DNA of 64,000 nt from Bugula neritina (Eukaryota; Animalia; Bryozoa). The stretch is taken from positions 33,169,504 to 33,233,503 of the forward strand of contig OZ037765.1 in assembly GCA_964035545.1 (NCBI GenBank). The letters run 5' to 3'. A program made the translations under genes and the position numbers. Below, in pieces: positions 53,904 through 64,000 of this stretch. The notes beneath the pieces are model-generated. The model searched no databases. It saw only the letters and a program-made list of their open reading frames with translations, and was not told where the DNA came from. Every line of letters begins with the position of its first letter. Positions within the stretch are counted from its first letter, which is position 1.

Positions 53904-55761
53904 ATGAGGGTGTTCCAGTTGAGAAGGAAAGAGTTGATTACGACAGTAGGCTTCATACTGGTGATATCATGCATAGCCATGTTGCAATACGCGGTGACGG
54001 GAAGGGGCGGTGATCTAACGGGATACGTGAAATACCCCGACAACCTCAACACCTTCAAATTGTATGAAGATGCGACGACAGCCTCGCCAATCGGACCTAC
54101 CCTCCACAAGAAGGTGCAGAGGGAGGGGACGCATGCCAGACGCCACCTCTTATACGGATCAATAGTTGACAGCAGAGGAATTGTGGCTAGCATTACTCAT
54201 AATGTTACGTCTGAGCTGATCTTCTCTTTCTCACCCACCGCTGAAGAGCACTTCAAAGCCAAACTTGTGGATCCGAATCACGAGCAGCAGGTGTACGCCA
54301 ACAGCCCGGCAATGATCTGGGACGGCAAGAAGTTTATTGTCATCATGAGAATGTGGCTTGACCAGGAACACACCATCAAGAAGACTAAGAATATATTCTC
54401 AGACAACTACCTCTACACCAGAACATACAACGACAAGATGGAGCCTCTAGATGTCAGTGGAAAAATATTGGGAATACCCACGAGAGTCCTGGAGACTTTA
54501 GGTGAGTGTAAACCTCAGGCTAGGAGTTGTATTCAAGTATTGCTGCTGGGCAACATTTTGGCATAAAAACAATAGTATTAGAAGAGACAACTCTTAATCA
54601 AACTATCAATGGTAATCTCAAAAATTCTTTGATATAAAACATATTTTTTAAATCTCAGTGCTTTACAAAATAGAAAGGACAACATTTTGGTCTAAATATG
54701 ATTGTAATAATCTAATAGAACAGACAACTCCAGATCTAAATATTGTGATGGTAATTTAAAGGGCCTTAAAATCTCAAAAAATTGTTAATCTCAGTGCTTT
54801 ACAGATTATAAAGGTTCCTAGGCACAAAAATAACAAATTACATCAGCAATTATTTTGGCAGACTGCAAACTTGTTCGTATTGTATAACTCAATACTAAGA
54901 CACTTGATAAATGACAGCTGACCAATAAAAATTTGTTTTACAGGAGATGGACCAATAGAACCAAGAGCATTCCCCTTCTACAACAAGCTATACCTCTCTT
55001 TCAACAACGCCCTCTACGTTGGTAAGAAAGAAATGGACACCACAATATTCTGGGACTGGGAGGGAGACAGATTCGTGATGCCGAAGATAACAGACGGTCA
55101 GCCGAACATCCAATCGAGACGAATAATGCCGAGAGACAAACACTGGTCTTCCTACATGTTTGACGACAGCAACTACATGATATACAGCGTCGACCCTCTA
55201 CGAATAATAAAATGTGACAATAACTCCGTGTGTGGGTTCTACCAGAATTCCGCCAAACCAGACTACAGATTTATAGATTTGTTTGACTGTCTGAGAGGCG
55301 GTACACCCACCCTACATTACCGAGACAATTTCTTCATAACCATCACACACGTGACTCTGTTCAAAACCGGCTACAAGAGATATTACACGGTGAATATAGC
55401 CGTGTTGAGAGCGGAGAAGGGAGCAAACCATGAGATAGTATACTTGAGTTCACCTCTTCAGTTTGACGAGTCTATAATGACTGAGACACCAATAATACGG
55501 ACCAGGTGGATAGAGGACCCCTTTTTCTTCCCAGTGAGTCTCCTGCTAGAGGATGAGGACAATATAGTCATAGGGGGGCATGTGAACGACCACAGTGCCT
55601 ACCTATTCAGAGTTAAGGGTATTAAAGCCCTGATGGACAGCGTTATAGCTCAAAGCAAATCTCTAAGTAAAGATGGCCCAGCTAACGGCGTGCTTCACAA
55701 CCTAGCTAGGTCATATGCTGCAAAACAATCAGGGTACACTTTTGAAAAACCTAAAAATTAG
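53904..55761 (+). CDS. Type II membrane glycosyltransferase-like protein, beta-mannosyltransferase (GT91/BMT)-like beta-propeller, paralogue A (about 471 aa)
   Basis: Exons 53904-54501 and 54944-55761 (GT-AG, phase 1). Short basic N-tail and TM segment (ITTVGFILVISCIAMLQYAV); motifs YANSPAM, GDGPIEPR, RDKHW, IYSVDPLRIIKC, LRGGT, FFFPVSL. The family call is from motif recall, not a search. Confidence 0.75.
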
Positions 55762-56899
55762 TAGTGTGCTTTATTTTTTAACTTAAGTCATTTAGATTTT
55801 GTTATCACCATTTTTTATTCTTTGGGAATTTTACAAGGGAACAAATAAACAGCCAAAATATAAAAACACTTCAATTTTATTACTATTTCAAATTAATTCA
55901 GCTGTGTCACACTTGGAATAAATTTATTCTGACATAGGAATAACGCAATGACCTACGTGATGTTGGAATCATACCAACATGTCAAAACAGAGAAATCACG
56001 CGTAGAAGTGTTTTGTGACGCATGCATTAGAAGTTGCAGTGACCTTACTCTGAATATATTACATTATCATTACTACACAGGGCAGGCTTAGACCAATCAG
56101 CTGCATAGCATGCAGAAAATTCCGGAAAGATTGGAATAATAATTACTTTAATGAAATATCTTAGTTCGAGGCAGTTTTTCTTGGTAGTCTATCATCCAGA
56201 TATAAATTATGCAGCTATTAAAGGGCAATAAGAAAGACACTGTGCAGTTCATGTTTTCTGATGATTTAGGTTGAAATTCTACAACATGCACATACATACT
56301 TTCTAAACCAACACTTCAGTAGTACCTATGCATACAAATAGGAATACACTGTCTATCTCTACTAATTAGTGTAAAGTATTTGTATAATTAATTTGAAAAC
56401 TCAAGCATGGAATATGTTACCTATGCAAATATTTAAACTTGAGCACTTTAGGAAGCAAAAATTAAGGTGTTTTAGGAAGCAAAACAACTTTTAATAAGCT
56501 TTACTGCAGGTAAAAATGAACTAATTATTATTCATTTTTCAAACTAGACATTAATTGAAGAAGTCAAGTGAAACCACCTGTTATCTATTATTGCTTAAAT
56601 GTACCTACCATTGCTCTACTCTAAATTCTAGCATTGGATACTCAAGGAAATAAATAACCAGTTTTATGGTACATTGTTGAGTTATAATTGCTTAATGCAA
56701 ACTTGCCTATTGCATGATGTTGTGCTTGAAAACTGCAAGAGAAAATTTTTTAGGTAGCCTACTATTCACATTGAAATCAGCGATATAATGGAAATAGAGT
56801 TGGAATTTGTTAAAGTCAGCTGAGAGTCTGACAGTGAGGGTTCGGCAGCAGTTTATTGGTTAGATGCTGGTGGGAGACCTGTGTGCTCATGGGTTCAAC

Positions 56900-57131
56900 T
56901 CCTGGCAGCAAGGGGAGGTAAGTAACATAACATCCTGGCAGCAAGAAGAGGTAAGTGACAAAACATCCTGGCAGCAAGGAGAGGTAAGTAACAAAACATC
57001 CTGGCAGCAAGGAGAGGTAAGTAATAAAACATCCTGGCAGCAAAGGAAGGTAAGTGACATAACATCCTGGCAGCAAGGGGAGGTAAGTAACAAAACATCC
57101 TGGCAGCAAGAAGAGGTAAGTGACAAAACAT
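56900..57131. repeat. 33-bp minisatellite (CCTGGCAGCAAGGAGAGGTAAGTAACAAAACAT), 7 copies
   Basis: Read directly; every unit contains AG|GTAAGT on the plus strand. Confidence 0.92.
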
Positions 57132-59424
57132 CAAGTAGCGCTTAGTGCTGATAGCAAAAGCCCGTAAGGGGTTCTCTTGAGAATGGAGACTTGAAACAAA
57201 CGTGATTGTTTCTGGTATCGAAGTATAAACATAATTTTCTAATAGGATCAGCATCACAACATTATCCTCACATGATTATAGTATGACATTAGAGTTTTAA
57301 ACTGTAATAATCCCATTATCATGTCATTAGCTGTAATGACACACAATTATACATGCATTAGTAAGTCATTACTAACCACAATATAGAGTTATACATTCTG
57401 CACTACTTCCGTATATGTAAGGTAACAATTTCAGCTCATCATGCTGTTCATGTCAAAAAGAGTAAATTACTATTTAAAGAATTAGATAATTTGATAATGT
57501 AGTTAAATAACTACAGTGGAGTGTATTATTTTACAGGAAGAGGTAATAAGGAGGGGCTTTCCTTTAGCCAAATGAGTCTAGAATCTTGCAGTGGTCACAT
57601 GCTTCCTTTTGCTCAAAGTGGTGAATGTTTACTGGCACAGCGGTGACTATATTGCAAATTGCTAGCTGAAAGAGATATGAAATAGTTAATATCTGAAATG
57701 CTTAGTTTCAGCTGAGCCATTTTTTCCTAACTTAAGCTCATGTCAAGTTGAAGAGATAGTCATGATACTATAATATGAAACTGGCATCATCTATATTAGT
57801 CATAAAATAATTCTAAAAATTTTCCACTAAGGCTATATGTAGGGAAAGTAACTCCAAGGTAACTCTATATTCTTTAAAAGAATAGCCTTTATTCTATAGT
57901 TTGAAAGAACGTTGAGACAGGGGGTACAGCATGAGCTTCAAAATGTTGTGAAGAAATTTCGATTTGATTTCTATTTCAACCTTAGAATGTAAGAACATGT
58001 TGGTTTCAAAAAACTTTGCAAGGCACCAATACTTGCGCTAATATATATTTATTTGATATTCTTGGGTGGTTATCAGAGTATAAAATGTACTTAGAAATGT
58101 CAATGTTGTATATAACTTGACACTTGTTGAAGACTAAAGGGAAGAAATGTTGAAAATAAACGTCAAGTAATTTGTTTATAAAATTCTTATGTGTGTCTGC
58201 CAAAAATGTTATTAAAATATTATTTAGGTGCACCATAGTAAAAGTTTGCATAGGAAGCCTTTCTATTGTGCAAAAATAAACTTGAAATAAAACTAAGGCC
58301 ATTTTTTTTATAAATGCTTTAAAATCACAGTTCTGTAAATTAAATATCAGCATTAGAGGTCTCGCAAAAAGAGTGTGAAAACTAATATTTGATGAAAGCA
58401 ATAAATAAGGACTGGAGGAGATTATAACCTAGTGTCTGTGAATGGTAGGAGGCGACCTAGTATAATATTTAGTGTGGAGCACAACACTTTATGGACAAAA
58501 TATCTCTCCGCCTCAAAATCAAACTCCTACTTGATAAATTCTATTTTTTCCAAAACACTACATTCTTCTTAACCGCAATAAATGAGAATTTGAAGGTTGT
58601 AAAGTTATGAATAATGCATGCATGGCACAAGCGGAGTAGAAACAAAAGCATTGATGAAGTGCTATACAATCATCATACACTTGCAATTTATAAAGCTTTC
58701 GATGACAGCTATAAGCGCGTGCCCACTCAACTATACAAAATATTTCCCACCGACAAATAATCCTATTGATGTAAGGCTCTCTATAGACATAGTATTTATT
58801 CGCTTGCTATACGAGCCATGCTAAGCAGTCTATTGTGATTACTAGTAGAAAGAAGACGCATGAAATGAATCACTAGTGAGACTGAGTCATACCATACTAG
58901 TAGTAACTAGTAACCAGTGCTCTCAGTAACTCAGTGCTGGTGAATAGAGAGAGACTTTATAGCTTGATGTGAAGATGCAGTAACGGTACAGCCACAGGTA
59001 AGTTATTAATCTCAGTACTATTAGACTGTGGGTGTGACCTGGTAACGACTAATGTCTGCTGGTATATCAGGGCATAACTGCAACTTTTCGCTCTGCTTTT
59101 AGTAGACATAAACTAGATAGTAACCTTACAGTAAAGAACCATTTTTTTAATTGATACAAAAAATAGATTTCAATAAGCTTGGCTATGGAGCTATGTCAGT
59201 ATGTGTGATACATTTCATTATACATGCTTTTTACATATGCCCAACTTCATGACATTATGTAATCATGTGAGTATAACTTTCAGTGTATCGTTTTTGAGAA
59301 GAATTGGGTCACAGATATTCCTAGGAAATGAGAAATTTTACTAAAGTCAAGACAGTAATGTTGATAAGATAGGATTGTCCTAGTAATTTAGAGATCTGAT
59401 ATCACAGACATCGTGTTTTCCAGA

Positions 59425-61511
59425 ATGACTTGGAGAATAGCAAGAAACAGAAACTCTGTGGTTCTGATACTCATAGCCTTCGTCATCTTCATGATATATT
59501 TGATGCCAGCCAGCAACCAGTTGTCAGTGAGTCCAGTAGAAACACATTTCACACTTTCCTCTAAGTATGAGTCAGTCAGCAACAGTGACCAACATATTCA
59601 TGCTGCTGATATGTTTCAACACAAGTTTAAAGTTGAGGGTCACAGGTTTGGAGAACAGGGAACAGTGCAGTATTACCAACACTCTCTAGAATCTTCTGTC
59701 ATTCACTCCTTCTCACCATACACAGAGGACAGAGTTAGGGAGATCATGTTGGAGCCCAGACATGAGCAGAGAATCTATGCTAACAGGTCTGTCTTCTCAT
59801 TGGCTCTTCTTATTGGCTGAGACTGACCGATTATCTTCCAATGCAATGTGCAAGATTCTGGTCAGATTTAAGCTAATCTGTGAATTTATGTTGGGCTTTC
59901 AATTTCTTTTTAGAAGTACTTTTTGCATTTGATAATAATCTTTATACATTAACCACTTATGGTAGGTATAAGTCTTGAAACTGGTAAAGCATACTATCAA
60001 GTTTTAACATTAATTGAGAGTAGAAAAAATGAAGCTATTCTTTTACAAAAACATCTGTTCAATTTCACACTTTTTTTACTTGCTTGTGTTACTAAAGCTG
60101 ATTATTATTCAAGAGGCATGCATGGGTGTATTTTAGCCTGTGATTCCTGACAAAAGGTGGCCCTACCTTGATTGGTGTAAACTAATGTAATGACAAGGGA
60201 GAACAATTGAAACTATTCCAACTAGATGTCTGTTTGTCATGTATGCTAATTTATCAGGCAGCTTTCGTAGCTTGTACTTTATTTTCCACCTAGTGAAAAT
60301 TTGAATTTAAAATGAGTTTAGGGCCTGCTGCACGCATATTGAAGCATTAACTGACTGAGACATTTGGTTTAGAATATTTTAGCCCGCAATTTATAGACGG
60401 TTACTACTATACCATAATGAACATTGTGCTAGAATAATCTGTAGACACTAGACAGTTACCAATATATCACAACATATGTTTCAGCCCAGCCATACTGTGG
60501 CACAAAGGAGAGATCATATGTGTGATGAGGATATGGCTGGAGAAAGAGAAGTACATGGAGGAAGGAGCTCACAAACCACCAAATGACTTCAACGACAACT
60601 TTCTCTATACCCAAAAGTTCAACAGGCAAATGAAGCCAAAGACACCCGGCAGTATATTAGGCATACCTACACCTCGCCAGTGGTTAATAGGTGATGGCCC
60701 TATAGAGCCTAGACTATTCAAAACTGATGATGAGAATGTGTTTGTATCCTTCAACACTGGAGTTTACCTGCAGGATGGCAGAGCACTAGACGGTACGTTC
60801 ATCTGGGACTATCTACGACACAAAACATTGGTACCATCAATCAGAGGTGGTTCTCCAATTCAGAAAAATGTGGATCCCAACAAGATTCCACGAGACAAAC
60901 ACTGGACACCATACAACGACAACAACACATTGAAAATGGTGTATAACCTTGACCCTTTGAGGGTGCTCACGTGTGACCTTAACTTCTCGTGCCACTTTAA
61001 CCATTTTGAGGGACCCAAAAACTATAAATTCACTCAGTACCAAGACTCTCTTAGAGGTGGCACCCCTTGGGTCCTCTATAAGTATCCCTACTATTACTCT
61101 ATCAGTCACTCCACCCTCTTCAAAAACCCTTCCTCTGACAGAATCTACACAATAAACCTCATCGTGTACAGAGCTGCGCCTACACCCAGGGTTGTGTACC
61201 TCAGCGGACCCATACAAATTCATGAGAAGCCGATGAACGACGTACCAATAGTGAGATATAATTATATTAGGGACCCATTTTTCTTCCCCGTTAGTCTGGT
61301 TGAGGAAGATTCAAACTCTATTATTATTGGTGGACATATCAATGACTACAGCAGCGTTCTGCTGAGAGTGAAAGGTGTTCAGAAGCTACTTGAAGAAGTA
61401 GTAAATGACGATAGGAAAATGCCAGCACACACCACTGGCCCACCCCTAGGAACTTTACATAATAGCACAAAAAAATTCGCGTCCAAACAGACTAATAGCA
61501 CATTCTTTTGA
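59425..61511 (+). CDS. Type II membrane glycosyltransferase-like protein, GT91/BMT-like, paralogue B (about 462 aa)
   Basis: Exons 59425-59786 and 60485-61511 (GT-AG, phase 2, restores YANSPAI). TM segment VVLILIAFVIFMIYLMPA. Shares SFSP, ILGIPT, GDGPIEPR, PRDKHW, DPLR, LRGGTP, DPFFFPVSL and IGGHxND with paralogue A. Confidence 0.75.
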
Positions 61512-61772
61512 ATTGTTTTATATTTAAACTAATTTATTAGAAATTGGTATAAAAATTAAAATTATATAACTGTGAAGGGGCTATCAGAAGAATTCAATAC
61601 ATTTATGATATTATGATATTCAGTCTACCTGTTTTAGCATATTTACCATAAAGATACTCAAGTTATTGCACTTGTCATCACTCAATACTGAGCATTGTAT
61701 TAAATATGTACCCAACTTGACTGAGGTGTGCACTTTAGCTGAAGTATTTAACTTGACAGTGTATCAGATGGA

Positions 61773-61858
61773 CTGGTAGTTATAGAACTGGTAGTTATAG
61801 AACTGGTAGTTATAGAACTGGTAGTTATAGAACTGGTAGTCATAGAACTGGTAGTTAT
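61773..61858. repeat. 15-bp repeat (ACTGGTAGTTATAGA)n, about 6 copies
   Basis: Read directly. Confidence 0.9.
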
Positions 61859-62565
61859 GGCATTGTTGCTGGACGATGACCAAGAATCAGGTTTTTAAGC
61901 TAACTAATGTCAAGTAATTATCTAAAGAATGTGATAGAACGAAGGGAATAAAATGGACATGGAACGTTTCTTCTTACAATTCATATGCACCTCACCTACA
62001 AAACAGAAAGCAACATTCAGTTGGCTTACAAAGACAGGAAATAATTTCAAATAATCCTCTGCATTAGATAACTGCATGCATTAGATAAGAATCTGAGAGA
62101 TATTGATGAATAGAAACCCTCTCAACTCTCTTTAACAGCTCATGAATATGTCACGTGATATTAGACTGCGGGACTAAATAGCATGTCTTTATAGTATATA
62201 AACTCTTTTGAAGGAAAAAAATTGACAAATTTCAACATAAAACTGTTGCCAATGGAAAGCAATTTTACAATTTATTAACAATATTTTGGCAATACAAGTA
62301 TATACAGCACTTAAACCTTGAGAGTGTATTTAATTATATTACTTGGTAGAGAGAGCATGGGCGAGGGTTGAGGGAGAGAATGGTAGGGGTAGAAGAGGGG
62401 GGTAGGTAGGGAAAGGATAGATGGGGCAGAGGATGGAGTTGGTCATCTGGATGCAGTTGAAAATAAACAGAAGTCATAATAAAACAGGATGTACAAGTTT
62501 GCTTAACATAATATATGAAAATAAAAACTTTTAAAAGATACACAATTCCTGTTAGAATCAGTTAC

Positions 62566-62620
62566 CTGTTGGCATCTCTGGTACATCTCACTCATTCTTC
62601 TTTGATGGCGAGGAACCTCC
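62566..62620 (-). other. Candidate isolated 55-nt exon
   Basis: Good acceptor (TTTACAG|GGAGG) and donor (CAACAG|GTAAC) around a segment richer in GC than its flanks; parent transcript unknown. Confidence 0.3.
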
Positions 62621-64000
62621 CTGTAAATTAAAGAAGGAATTTTTATAGGTCAGATTAGAGTGAGGCAAGGCAATTAGTATTAAGTATGTCAACTTAATGT
62701 ACTTATAAATAACATTTATATCTAAAAATATGGGGGGCTGAGTGAAAAACACAATGAATCAGAAAAACAAGTTGTGTCGCATGTAAAAAGCCAAGTTTAT
62801 CGAAGTTGTAGCCACGTATGTATATCCTAGTGAATACCTTAGCCATGACACATAAATGAAGATGGAAGTGGCCAAATTTTCACCCGAAGTAATAGTCACT
62901 TTATCTTTAAAATGTTAACCCCAAACTTGCCAACTCTTTTAAGCAGACTAAGAATGGACTTTGCCACACAGTGATTCCAAGAAACACGTTTATAAAGTTG
63001 ATGCATGCCTATATGTTCACTTAGGCAACAAACTTAAAATTTTTTTAGAAAACTGGAATATTTTCTGCATGTAGATAGTTGCTATGGCAACCATATAACA
63101 TATCAAACAGTTCCATACATCAAATGGAAGAATGATCAGTTAGTTAGCTTATAAAATAGCCAGTTTCTAAAACTTGCTAAAACTAATGAAAGGGGCACTC
63201 TACAGTGCCCCCTCTGTTGCTACTAACAAACCTGTATGGAGAGTAGTCTAGTCTTGAGCTGGTAGGCATCTCTAGCCATGGCAATCTGCACCCACTTAGG
63301 AGCGTTGGGAATCATGTATGACACTGACACTCTGATTACTATCAGCAGGTGCTACAAGTGGCAACAGGATAGCTATACATTACAGCATCTCAGTGGGATC
63401 CATATAACATATACTTCTTGCTACAAACTAACCGCTTCAGCTCATATTGTCTGCTCAATATATTCAACTTATACACAAAATTACCAACTTAAAGCTTGGA
63501 ACAAGAATAAACTAAAAACTTTCATTAAGTAGTAACCAGGGGAGGGGGTTCAACTACCTCCCAACTTTTCACGTAACACGTAACTCAATTACAGAAATGT
63601 TACTATTGTACCTGCAGGCTATGGTAAAAACGTATTGACAGTTTAAACTCTAATGCATAAAAGTCAAAATGTAATAATTAAATATTGATATTCCAGAAAA
63701 TAAAATCTATGTTGTTGGTAGAAAAGTGCCTTAATTGTTAAATAACTCATTTTAATGCAGTTCTGCCTTCATAAGACACGTAATATACTATTTATTAAAT
63801 ATTACGTGTAAAATGATGTTGGAGAAAAACATAAAATCAATTTCATGCAGTTTTTTGGCCGTTCAACTAAAAAAGTTATTAGGGTTCTTGGCAGCCACAC
63901 CAAAGATAAAGTCAGAAAATAACTAGAATATTATACTTTAGAGATGACAGCTGAATATATAAGAAATATAAATGACCAGATCTTCATTTTAATACGGACT

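Noticed and set aside
56816-57257. Repetitive ORFs on both strands
   Set aside because: Products of the 33-bp minisatellite; no coding signature.
63192-63211. GC-rich hairpin GGGGCACT-ctac-AGTGCCCC as a terminator or Helitron end
   Set aside because: Eukaryotic context rules out a rho-independent terminator; no matching Helitron 5' end or clear CTRR terminus was identified.

Overview
AT-rich, intron-rich eukaryotic DNA from an invertebrate animal (species cannot be determined from the sequence alone). All gene models below were spliced by hand. (1) A minus-strand ExoU/VipD-type patatin phospholipase gene: 5 exons found at 11188->1697, 3' end not located. Its 4.5-kb intron holds a 3.48-kb PIF/Harbinger(ISL2EU)-like element with near-identical 874-bp inverted arms around a decayed THAP-HTH transposase fragment. 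(2) A minus-strand gene of about 48 exons (52181->15158, about 2,980 aa, splice phases consistent throughout) encoding a mega-thrombospondin-type secreted protein: signal peptide, many LRRs, FN3-like, fibro-slime/PA14-like, cadherin, F5/8C discoidin, Cys-rich repeats, EGF, TSP type-3, TSP C-terminal lectin and LamG-like domains. It ends in a basic tail with two RKRR furin-type sites and a terminal TDEL. Its introns contain a 3.6-kb 33-bp satellite, an RTE LINE 3' fragment and a MITE. (3) Two tandem plus-strand paralogues (53904-55761 and 59425-61511) encoding type II membrane proteins with motifs of fungal beta-mannosyltransferases (GT91/BMT-like beta-propeller), each with a single coding intron at a different position. 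Across the window, many intronic tandem repeats start at splice junctions and copy the splice sites. No prokaryotic features, rRNA, tRNA or CRISPR arrays were recognised.
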